Source: Gemmatimonadales bacterium
Lineage (GTDB): Bacteria; Gemmatimonadota; Gemmatimonadetes; Gemmatimonadales; GWC2-71-9
NCBI GenBank assembly: GCA_035703525.1
Contig: DASSYA010000026.1
Span: forward strand, 9,866-73,865
Reading direction: 5' to 3'
Length of the DNA stretch: 64,000 nucleotides
Part shown: in pieces, positions 19,707-27,010 of the stretch
Layout of the letters: each line of letters starts with the position of its first letter
Position numbering within the stretch: position 1 is the first letter of the stretch
Notes under the pieces: model-generated
What the model was told of the DNA's origin: nothing
What the model saw: the letters and a program-made list of their open reading frames with translations, nothing else
Database searches by the model: none
Made by a program: the position numbers and the translations under genes

Positions 19707-19861
19707 TAGTCAGTGACGCCAAGCGGCATCGGCGCCACCAGAAAAAGTCCCAGGGCGAAGAAGGGTGAAGCGAACACATTTGTTCGTCTTCGTATACTCA
19801 GGGGGCGTCCTGGGACCTCCACGGAGAAGGCCCGTCACAGATCGTGTGGCGGGCCTTTTCG
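19707..19861 (+). ncRNA. Candidate structured small RNA, copy 1 (three hairpins plus intrinsic terminator); family unknown
   Basis: Near-identical core shared with 21624..21772. Hairpins: GUGaCGCC/GGCGcCAC; GUCCCAGGGCG/CGUCCUGGGAC; GAAGCGAACA/UGUUCGuCUUC. Terminator GGCCCGUCACA-gaucg-UGUGGCGGGCC-UUUUC at 19829-19860. Confidence 0.65.
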
Positions 19862-19944
19862 CGTGTGCCCGGCGTTGGCAGCAACAGCGGGACCGGCTAT
19901 GATGCAGGAGCACGAGCGACCACCCACCCCCGAGGAACTGATGC

Positions 19945-19976
19945 CCAGCCGCCCAGCCGTCCAGCCGTCCAGCCGT
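19945..19976. repeat. Tandem octanucleotide repeat, 4 x CCAGCCG(C/T)
   Basis: Direct reading. Lies 26 nt upstream of the ATG at 20002. Confidence 0.9.
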
Positions 19977-20001
19977 CCGAAGGGCTAGCACCCTCGCCTC
20001 C

Positions 20002-20205
20002 ATGACCCTCTTGTTGCTCGCGGCCTGCGGCGACGACTCTGTCCTGCCGGAGCCGGTCGAGAGCGACCGAGCTCCGACGACGTCGGCAAGCCTTCTGACT
20101 TGCTCCAAGGGAAACTTCGCGCAATTCTTCGCGCTCTGGGACTGCAGCCAGTCCGTCCAGTTCTACGCGCCACAGGGTCCAGTCCGCACCGCCGACAACC
20201 AGTGA
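20002..20205 (+). CDS. Small putative lipoprotein (very short signal peptide MTLLLLAAC)
   Basis: LAAC lipobox at residue 9. No in-frame start is available further upstream (in-frame stop at 19939). Lower-GC region. Confidence 0.35.
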   Translation: MTLLLLAACGDDSVLPEPVESDRAPTTSASLLTCSKGNFAQFFALWDCSQSVQFYAPQGPVRTADNQ

Positions 20206-20615
20206 CGAACGCCAATCCGGTGAACCTCTACGTAACCAGCATCACCGGTACCGGCGGCATCGACACGATGCCGATCCATGACCCAGGGTCCTATCTACTG
20301 ACGGCACACTTGGGCGCGGGGGACAACACCGGTGTCACATTCAAGTGGACCATCATCTTCAGCAATGCGCTCGGCGACTCGGTCGTCAGCCACTCCGACA
20401 CCCTGCCACCGTGGGGATCACGGAATCGAACGGTGGTCGTCCCCTCGCCGATCGGCAGCTATACCATCACCGCCCGTGTTCGAGCTGGCCGAGATACGAC
20501 TGTCGGAAGTGTGACTTCCCACGACTTCGCGGTCTGCCCACGACCGATCGGAAATGACTTGAAGGACAAGACTGACGACGGCGGGAACGGCACCGATGCC
20601 GTGGGGCAGTGCTGA
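20202..20615 (+). CDS. Hypothetical protein (GTG start in a GTGA overlap with the preceding ORF)
   Basis: Part of ORF 20100..20615. VTNANPVNLYVTSITGTGG...YTITARV looks like a beta-rich secreted domain. Could alternatively be the frameshifted continuation of 20002..20205. Confidence 0.4.
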   Translation: MTNANPVNLYVTSITGTGGIDTMPIHDPGSYLLTAHLGAGDNTGVTFKWTIIFSNALGDSVVSHSDTLPPWGSRNRTVVVPSPIGSYTITARVRAGRDTTVGSVTSHDFAVCPRPIGNDLKDKTDDGGNGTDAVGQC

Positions 20616-21580
20616 TGCGGCACGACCTCCGGACCTCCATCCCACTTTGCTTCCGGCGAGGTCTTGTCGCCGCAATGCTGTTGGCAGGCGCGGCATGCAC
20701 CGGGGAGTCGATCGGGCCGACGCCTCCGGCCGAGCCAACCGGTACTATCCTCGCGTTCCACCCCATCGGGCGCCTCTACCTGATTGATGCCGCAGATCTC
20801 ATGACATCTGAGTTCTCGCGCTCCCCTGCTCAGCTCCTCTGGGATGGTTCGTCCCTCATGCCCAGTGCCACCCTTGTGATTGGGGGAGCGTATGCCGCAA
20901 CACGGGAGGCTCGAAGCATCGAGCCTGCCACCGGCATCACGCGAACTCTTCTCCCACTTGGCGACGAGGAAGGCGTACTGTCCGCGAAGGCGTCGCCCGA
21001 CGGGAACCGGATCGCGCTCAGCGTGTTTGGCCGAGGCGGCGGCAATGCCGACCAACTGCTCCTCCTCGATGTGGCCACCCGACAGGTCAGCGTCCTGTGG
21101 ACCCGCCCGCCGAACACGTCGGAGGAGATTTCGTTGGTATCACTGCATTGGCTGCCGGACCAGAGTGGACTTGTGGCGCTCGCCGTAGACGGAGCCGGCC
21201 CCCCGGACTTCGGGACGGTCAGGATTGCGCGATTCGACTTCGCGTCCGGAGTGCTCAGTTTCCTGCCCCAGTCCGGGACACTCACGCGCACCCCGACACT
21301 GGACATCTCGCGTGACGGCCTTACGCTCGGCTACAGCTTCGAGGATGGCCGGATCCGTTTCATTCGACTCGATGGCTCCCCCGCACCGGGCCTTCCCGAT
21401 AGCATCCACGGCATCTTCCCGACGTTTTCACCTGACGGCCGCCTTCTGGCCTACTCACGGATCGACAACAACTTCCCGGCGAACGAGGAAGGGATCTGGA
21501 TCCACCGGTTCTCGGACGGCGCCGAGTGGAAGCTCCTCCCCCCAGGTGACCCAGTGACCTGGGTTCTCGACTGGGAGTGA
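20609..21580 (+). CDS. Lipoprotein with TolB/PD40-like beta-propeller repeats
   Basis: LLAGAAC lipobox. Repeated SPDGNRIALS, SRDGLTLGYS and SPDGRLLAYS motifs are typical of PD40/WD40-like blades. Confidence 0.6.
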   Translation: MLMRHDLRTSIPLCFRRGLVAAMLLAGAACTGESIGPTPPAEPTGTILAFHPIGRLYLIDAADLMTSEFSRSPAQLLWDGSSLMPSATLVIGGAYAATREARSIEPATGITRTLLPLGDEEGVLSAKASPDGNRIALSVFGRGGGNADQLLLLDVATRQVSVLWTRPPNTSEEISLVSLHWLPDQSGLVALAVDGAGPPDFGTVRIARFDFASGVLSFLPQSGTLTRTPTLDISRDGLTLGYSFEDGRIRFIRLDGSPAPGLPDSIHGIFPTFSPDGRLLAYSRIDNNFPANEEGIWIHRFSDGAEWKLLPPGDPVTWVLDWE

Positions 21581-21588
21581 CCCCCCAC

Positions 21589-21617
21589 TGGACAACCGCC
21601 CTCCGACCCCATAACTT
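21589..21617 (+). promoter_or_regulatory. Sigma-70-type promoter of sRNA copy 2 (TGGACA-N17-TAACTT)
   Basis: Same -35/-10 geometry as copy 1, and the same 13-nt distance from the -10 to TGACGCC. Confidence 0.5.
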
Positions 21618-21623
21618 GGTTCC

Positions 21624-21772
21624 CAGATGGTGACGCCAGCCTGACCGGTGCCACCGGACAAAGTCCCAAGGCGAAGAAGGGTGAAGCGAACAGCCTTGTT
21701 CGTCTTCGTATACTCAGGGGGCGTCTTGGGACCTCCACAGAAAAGGCCCGCCACATCGTGGCGGGCCTTTTC
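21624..21772 (+). ncRNA. Candidate structured small RNA, copy 2
   Basis: Core AAAGUCCCAAGGCGAAGAAGGGUGAAGCGAACAgccUUGUUCGUCUUCGUAUACUCAGGGGGCGUCUUGGGACCUCCAC. Terminator GGCCCGCCAC-auc-GUGGCGGGCC-UUUUC at 21745-21772. The next gene is on the opposite strand. Confidence 0.65.
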
Positions 21773-21795
21773 GCATCCGGTCCCCGCGACGCTCG

Positions 21796-23910
21796 CTACT
21801 CGCGCGTGGCGACTTCCTCGGCGCTCGACTCGACCACCGTCGCACGCAACCGCTCAACCTCCGCGCGCAGTGCCGCCAGGTCGGCCTCCATCTGTTCGAG
21901 CGAGCGCAACACCGCGCCCTCGACGCCGGGACCGGCTGGACGCGGTGCCAGCCCCGGCAACGGCGCACTCGCGGCGCTCGTGCCCGCGACGGCGGGAGCA
22001 GCGACCGCGGTCCGTCGCCGGGCGATCCCGAAGATCCAGATGAGCGCCACCAGCGCCAGCGCCACCAGCACCCCCTGCGCCAGCAACGACTCGACCGTCG
22101 GATAGATGCCCAATGCGGCGATCCGCGGCCAGCCCGGCAGGACCGTCGTCCCGACCACGCCGCCCGCCTGCAACTCGGCGATCCCCTTCCCCGCGAAGAC
22201 GAACGCGGTGTAGTAGAGGAACGCGCTGGTGGCACCGAAGAACGGCCGGAGTGGCAGCTTCACGCCGAATCGGTTGATCAGGATATAGACCACCGCGAGC
22301 AGGGCGCCACCGACCAGGATCCCGGCAACGACAGGTCCGACGCTGCCGCCGGTCGGGCCGCCCGAGACCAGCAGGGCCTTGTAGAAGAGCACCGTCTCGA
22401 ACCCCTCGCGATATACCGCCAGGAAGGCGGCAGAGGCGAGCGCGAAGGCCGACCCGCCGGTCACGGCAACCTGGACCCGTTCCTTGACGAACGCCGTCCA
22501 CTTCTGGACCTCCATCTTCGAGAGCAGCCAGTAGCTCACGTAGAAGAGCACCACCACCGCCACCAGCATCGTGATTGCCTCGAGCACCTCCTGGTGCGCA
22601 GGCGAAAGCTGGAACACCGTCTCGAGCAGCACGGCGGTGAGCACCGACAGCGCCACAGCCGCCCCGACCCCGATGTGAATGTCACGCTTCCGGTGACTCG
22701 CCCCGATCTTGACCAGGAAGGCGATCAGCGCGCCGATGATCAGGATCGCCTCGAGGCCCTCGCGGAGCATGATCATCAGCGACTGCACGAAGAGATTGAG
22801 GGGCGAGGTCTCGTCGGCCACCACCCGCTCGGCGCGTTCGAGGCCGGCATAGAGCTCGCCGGCCACGGCGCCGAGCTCGTCGCGCGTCGCTCCCCCCCCC
22901 ACGCGAGTGCGGAGGGTCGCGAACGAGGCCTCGAGATCGGTGGCCAGCGCGGGGTTCTTGGCGCGCACCGTCCGTTCGACCTGCTCGAACGCCAGGTAGG
23001 CATCGAAGGCGGCGGTGATCGCGGCGTCGTGCTTCCCCTCGCGCGCCAGCTTGCCTGATTCGTCGACGTGCCGGCGCACCGTCGCGAAGATCGCGGCCCG
23101 CGCCGCGCCATCATCGGCGTCCATCTGGTAGGAGCGCACCGCCGACACGGTGGCCGGCGTAGCCCCGTCGCCGAGCGCCGCGAGCAGCTGGCTGTCGTTC
23201 ATCGTCGCGACGGTGCCGAAATCCCGGAGTGCCGCGGGGACATCCCCGGCCGGTTCAGGTTGACGGAGTGTCGACGCGTAGAGGGCAAGGGCCCAACGAT
23301 CGGCCGCCGGCATCCGGCTCTCGTACGCCGGCATCGCGGTCCCGGCCACCCCGATGGTGATCCGCTGGTAGAAGGCGAGCGGAGTCACATCGGCCAGAGC
23401 CAGATGGTCGGTCAGGTCGGCGGGCGCGGGGTCGAGGCCGCGGCCCGCAAGACCATCACCGCGGCCGAGCGTGCCATGGCAGGAGGCGCACTGCGCCTGG
23501 TACAGTTCGGCGCCGCGCGCGAGGCTGGGGGTCCGGATGGGGATCTCGACCAGGGCGATGCCGAGGGAGCCACTCAAGTGTGTGGTCAATCGCTTGACCG
23601 CCGCATCGATCGAATCGGGCGACGCGGTACCGCTCACGAAGGCGAGCGCCGCGTCGAGATGCACCAGCGCCGAATCGACGACCGCGTTCGGCAGCAACGC
23701 CGCCGCTCGCCGAGCCTCGGTCAGGAACAACCGGGCTTCGTCGACCTCGGCAGGCATCACCACCCGACCATCGACCACACCGATGCGGTATTCCTGCGCC
23801 GCCAGTTCGGCCGAGGCCGCGATCCGCCGTGCAGTCGCGACGGAATCCGGGCCGGGAGCCGGACTGAACACTGTGAGGAGGAACGCCGCCTGAACGAGAA
23901 TCATTCTCAA
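21796..23910 (-). CDS. Cytochrome c domain fused to an FTR1-family high-affinity iron permease
   Basis: CASCHG haem-binding motif in the N-terminal periplasmic part. Two REGLE-type motifs (REGLEAILIIGALIAFL, REGFETVLFY) lie in the multi-TM part. C-terminal charged coiled-coil-like tail. Confidence 0.8.
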   Translation of the reverse strand: MRMILVQAAFLLTVFSPAPGPDSVATARRIAASAELAAQEYRIGVVDGRVVMPAEVDEARLFLTEARRAAALLPNAVVDSALVHLDAALAFVSGTASPDSIDAAVKRLTTHLSGSLGIALVEIPIRTPSLARGAELYQAQCASCHGTLGRGDGLAGRGLDPAPADLTDHLALADVTPLAFYQRITIGVAGTAMPAYESRMPAADRWALALYASTLRQPEPAGDVPAALRDFGTVATMNDSQLLAALGDGATPATVSAVRSYQMDADDGAARAAIFATVRRHVDESGKLAREGKHDAAITAAFDAYLAFEQVERTVRAKNPALATDLEASFATLRTRVGGGATRDELGAVAGELYAGLERAERVVADETSPLNLFVQSLMIMLREGLEAILIIGALIAFLVKIGASHRKRDIHIGVGAAVALSVLTAVLLETVFQLSPAHQEVLEAITMLVAVVVLFYVSYWLLSKMEVQKWTAFVKERVQVAVTGGSAFALASAAFLAVYREGFETVLFYKALLVSGGPTGGSVGPVVAGILVGGALLAVVYILINRFGVKLPLRPFFGATSAFLYYTAFVFAGKGIAELQAGGVVGTTVLPGWPRIAALGIYPTVESLLAQGVLVALALVALIWIFGIARRRTAVAAPAVAGTSAASAPLPGLAPRPAGPGVEGAVLRSLEQMEADLAALRAEVERLRATVVESSAEEVATRE
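23896..23908. promoter_or_regulatory. 6-1-6 palindrome GAGAAT-c-ATTCTC overlapping the FTR1 start codon (Fur-box-like)
   Basis: Perfect inverted repeat seen directly. It resembles the tGAtAAT-N-ATTaTCa half-site arrangement of Fur boxes and sits at an iron permease start. Confidence 0.3.
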
Positions 23911-23945
23911 TCGCTTTTTCGAGGACGAGAAATGATAGCGCTCGG

Positions 23946-23982
23946 AGGATCAAGGATCAAGGACGAACGGATCCTTCATCCG
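23946..23982. repeat. GGATCAA/GGATGAA heptad hairpin element (family 2), copy 1
   Basis: GGATCAA GGATCAA GGACGAA, then CGGATCCTTCATCC (reverse complement GGATGAAGGATCCG). AAGGATC/GATCCTT forms the stem. Lies just downstream of the acpS stop. Confidence 0.7.
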
Positions 23983-24363
23983 TCAGCCTTCGAGGATCGC
24001 CACCGCCGCCGCGACATCGCGCGAATGGGAGATCGACAGGTGGATCGTGACGCGGTGGGGTGCCAGCAGCAGGGCGGCGCGACCGGCCAGCACGACCTCG
24101 GGGCGACCGTCGGGGAGGCGGCGGACGCCGATCTCCCGCCAGCCGACTGGCCGACTGCCCGGGAGGATCTGGAGCGCCTTGTAGACCGCCTCCTTCGCCG
24201 CAAGGCGGGCAGCGAACGCCGGCGCCGGGTCTCCCAGTGACTCCACGTAGGCGCGTTCCACCTCGGTCAACGTCCGCGCCTTGATCCGGTCGCCGAGCCG
24301 AGCGAGCAGGTCGCGGGCCCGGGGCACCTCGACCACGTCGAGTCCGAGGCCGACTATGGCCAT
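23983..24363 (-). CDS. acpS: Holo-[acyl-carrier-protein] synthase
   Basis: Internal ATG gives MAIVGLGLDVVEV.R...FAARLAAKEAVYKAL...ISHS. Confidence 0.85.
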   Translation of the reverse strand: MAIVGLGLDVVEVPRARDLLARLGDRIKARTLTEVERAYVESLGDPAPAFAARLAAKEAVYKALQILPGSRPVGWREIGVRRLPDGRPEVVLAGRAALLLAPHRVTIHLSISHSRDVAAAVAILEG

Positions 24364-24950
24364 GGCAGGCTCCAGAACGCCTGGCCGATCGGATCGAACC
24401 ATGCCGGCGCGGGGAGCCAGCCGCCGAGCCACGCCGCGAGGAGCGTCACCAACGGGATCGTGACCCCAGCGGCGATGAGGAGCGGCCGCCACGGGCGTCG
24501 CCAGTGCCGGACCCCCGACGCCACCCGGTTCCAACGATCCTGCTCTCGACGGGCGACCGCCTGCGCTCGGTCCCAGGCAGCCTCGAGTGCGGCGCCGCGC
24601 ACGCGGTCGGTTGCCGCACCCGGCGCCAGCCCTTCCAGTCGTTCGAGCTCGATCCCTTCGGCCGTGAGCTGTTCGATCAGCCGTGCCCGCGCCGCCTCAT
24701 CCGGCAGCAATGCCGCGAGCGTGGGCTTCGGCATCCGGGAGTGCAACGCTGCGTTCTGCAGTTGGCCCGTGGCGGTCGCGAGGAGGCTTTCCGCGAGGGT
24801 GACTGACGCCGCATGCCAGGCCGCGACCCATTCCCCGCCAGCGGGCTCGCCGGCCGAGACGAGCCGGTCGACCAGCGCGAGACGGACCCGTTCGTCACCC
24901 GCGTTTCGTCCCGGTGCGCCGAGGCGCCCGAGGGCCGGAGCCAGGCTCAT
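24354..24950 (-). CDS. Hypothetical protein with C-terminal TM anchor
   Basis: 198 aa, ATGA overlap with the upstream CYTH gene. C-terminal LLIAAGVTIPLVTLLAAWLGGWL. No recognised domain. Confidence 0.5.
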   Translation of the reverse strand: MSLAPALGRLGAPGRNAGDERVRLALVDRLVSAGEPAGGEWVAAWHAASVTLAESLLATATGQLQNAALHSRMPKPTLAALLPDEAARARLIEQLTAEGIELERLEGLAPGAATDRVRGAALEAAWDRAQAVARREQDRWNRVASGVRHWRRPWRPLLIAAGVTIPLVTLLAAWLGGWLPAPAWFDPIGQAFWSLPWP

Positions 24951-25537
24951 GGCGTCCCTCGGGGCCAGTGTGACGGCGGACCATCGCTCAAGGCGAGCAC
25001 CGCCGTTCGGCCGGTGCGACGCTGATACGCGGCGGCGAATGCCGGGAGTGGCTCGGCGGAGAACGCCTCGCGCGGGAGTCCGGTGGCCGAGATCAGCCGT
25101 TCGATGGCGGCCGCATCACCCTCGACCTCGAGCAGGACATCCATCTCGGGATACCACTCGATCCGGGCTGCACCGCCATCCAGCTGCCACACCTCGACAT
25201 GCCGATCGATCACTTCCGTCACCTGGTAGCCCAACGCATCGATGATGGCGCCGATCCGCTCACCGGGTGCAAGGACGGCCTCGTGCTCCAGTCGTGCCTT
25301 GTAGCCGTCATGGGTGTGGGTCGGCCCCTTCCACGCCACGACCTCCGTCGGCGTGCCCTCGAGCGGCATCCGATGCCGCACACGGAGGACCTGATCCTGC
25401 TCGGCGAGCTCCCCCCCCCGATCATGGCGACGATCCTGGAGTCGCCCGGCGAAGGTGCAGGTGGCACCGTGCCGCCGCAATGCCGCACGCACCGCATCGG
25501 GATCGTCGACGCGGGCCTTCAATTCGAGTTCGAGCAC
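24947..25537 (-). CDS. CYTH-domain protein (class IV adenylate cyclase / triphosphate tunnel metalloenzyme family)
   Basis: GTG start gives VLELELKARVDDPDAVRAALR...QVLRVR...EWYPEMDVLLEVE, an ExExK-type N-terminus. Only the 3' third of the 659-aa track ORF is real. Confidence 0.7.
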   Translation of the reverse strand: MLELELKARVDDPDAVRAALRRHGATCTFAGRLQDRRHDRGGELAEQDQVLRVRHRMPLEGTPTEVVAWKGPTHTHDGYKARLEHEAVLAPGERIGAIIDALGYQVTEVIDRHVEVWQLDGGAARIEWYPEMDVLLEVEGDAAAIERLISATGLPREAFSAEPLPAFAAAYQRRTGRTAVLALSDGPPSHWPRGTP

Positions 25538-26238
25538 AGGATGGCCTCCAGGACCGCATCGGTCGGCTCGAGGGTCCCGAAGGTGGCATGGGCCCCGGCG
25601 GCGCGCAGCTCGTCCACGGCATACGACCCGGTGGCGACGGCGACGGCCCGCGCGCCGATCCCGGCGCCGCAGGTGACATCCGCCGGCGTGTCCCCGATGA
25701 TCACCACCCGGTGACCGACCGGGGTGTGCCCCAGCAGCGCGGTGGCACGGTCGACGGCGACGGGCGGCAGCTCCGGCCGGTGTTCGCTGTCGCTGCCGTA
25801 GGCACCGAGGCGAAACCGATCGAAGGCAATGCCGGCCGCACCGAGCTTGAGCCGGGCGCCCGGCTCGACGTTGCCGGTGAGCAGGCCGAGGCAGACGTGC
25901 GGCATCGCCTCGAGCGCGTCGAGGAGCGCGGGCACCCCCGGGCAGACTCCGACCAGGTGGGCGCGCTCGGCCAGTTCGACATGCAGGTGCACGAGGTAGC
26001 GTTCGATCAGCGCCGACGTGGCTGCATCGGAGGCCCGGTCGGGGAAGCCGGCCGCCACATGCAGCTCGCGCACGATCTGTCGATCCGTCTTGCCATCGAA
26101 GCGCACCAGTTCGAAGAATTCGGTCGAGGCGTACTCGCTCGCGAAGGCGGCCTCGATGGCTCGGCGGCCCGCCTGCGCGCTCGAGAGCAGTGTCCCATCG
26201 ATATCGAACAGGACGAGCGTGGTGTCGGGCGCGGTCAT
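25519..26238 (-). CDS. HAD-superfamily hydrolase (phosphoglycolate phosphatase-like)
   Basis: LVLFDIDGTLL...LLTGN...IIGDTPADV. ATG at 26238 is in an ATGA overlap with the upstream gene. Confidence 0.75.
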   Translation of the reverse strand: MTAPDTTLVLFDIDGTLLSSAQAGRRAIEAAFASEYASTEFFELVRFDGKTDRQIVRELHVAAGFPDRASDAATSALIERYLVHLHVELAERAHLVGVCPGVPALLDALEAMPHVCLGLLTGNVEPGARLKLGAAGIAFDRFRLGAYGSDSEHRPELPPVAVDRATALLGHTPVGHRVVIIGDTPADVTCGAGIGARAVAVATGSYAVDELRAAGAHATFGTLEPTDAVLEAILCSNSN

Positions 26239-26990
26239 GTGAGCCGACGGACCGCGACGAGGAGCGGTCGGAGTGAGGCCGCGCGCGTGTCGGGACCCCA
26301 ACGCTCGCGGACCACCCGACCTGCGGCGACCGCTGCATGCACCAGCATCCCGTCGGCATCGGCGATTGCGACATGATCGATCCGGTCACTCCCGGCACTC
26401 CGGAAGAAGAGCAGGTCACCCGGCGCGATGGTCTCCGGGGTGCATGCGAGCCCCAGCGCTGCCTGGCCCGCTGCATTCCGTGGCAACGGCACCCCCCGCG
26501 CGAGGAACGTGGTCTGCACCAGGCCGCTGCAATCGATCCCGCCCCGCGTGAGGCCGCCCCAGAGATACGGCGCCTCGCCGAAGGCTTGCCACGCCCAGGC
26601 GGCCGGCGTGGTCGCCTGCGCGGCCGCGATCGCGTCGGCCATCGTCGCGAAGGTGCCGCCGACCACGTCGGCGGTGCGTCCATCCGGCAGCCGGACCCGG
26701 TCGGTGCCCTCGCGCTGCACCCTGGCGCGATGGGGCACCGCGCACGACCCGGACCCGACCACGACTGTCCCCCCCCCGGACCATGCGGCGGTGACCAGCC
26801 AGGCGTCGTGACGGTGGCGGTCCACCGGGAGGACATACCCGCGGTGCACCCAGCCGTCCACGCCGTCGAGGGAGGTCCGGATGCGGAAGAAGGCATCCTG
26901 CTGTTCGCGGATCTCGGCCCCTTCACCCAGCAGAAGCTGGGTCACCTGCTCGCTCCGCAGTCCGGGCGCGGCGAGGACCGGCGTGACCAT
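26235..26990 (-). CDS. NlpC/P60 (C40) peptidoglycan endopeptidase with N-terminal SH3-like region
   Basis: YLWGG....GIDCSGLVQ...GDLLFF......DHVAI. The start is either 26990 or 27038; the latter overlaps the CxxC ORF. Confidence 0.75.
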   Translation of the reverse strand: MVTPVLAAPGLRSEQVTQLLLGEGAEIREQQDAFFRIRTSLDGVDGWVHRGYVLPVDRHRHDAWLVTAAWSGGGTVVVGSGSCAVPHRARVQREGTDRVRLPDGRTADVVGGTFATMADAIAAAQATTPAAWAWQAFGEAPYLWGGLTRGGIDCSGLVQTTFLARGVPLPRNAAGQAALGLACTPETIAPGDLLFFRSAGSDRIDHVAIADADGMLVHAAVAAGRVVRERWGPDTRAASLRPLLVAVRRLT

Positions 26991-27010
26991 CGATGTGCCC
27001 AGCAGGTGCG

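Noticed and set aside
20002-20615. Calling 20002..20205 plus 20100..20615 a frameshifted pseudogene.
   Set aside because: It is possible, but the junction is a clean GTGA stop/start overlap like many others in this window. Two coupled small genes are therefore equally consistent, so it is left as two low-confidence CDSs.
19650-21800. The lower-GC cassette as a classical mobile element or prophage remnant.
   Set aside because: No integrase, transposase, terminal inverted repeats or tRNA gene is present. Only the flanking sRNA direct repeats are seen, so it is reported as a bracketed cassette rather than a mobile element.
24947-26926. 659-aa ORF, and likewise the 853-aa ORF 27196..29757 and the 619-aa ORF 53578..55437, taken at face value.
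   Set aside because: Only the 3' portions show homology (CYTH, NtrC-like and Gfo/Idh/MocA respectively). The 5' extensions overlap neighbouring real genes in other frames. Internal starts with overlaps or RBSs fit better.
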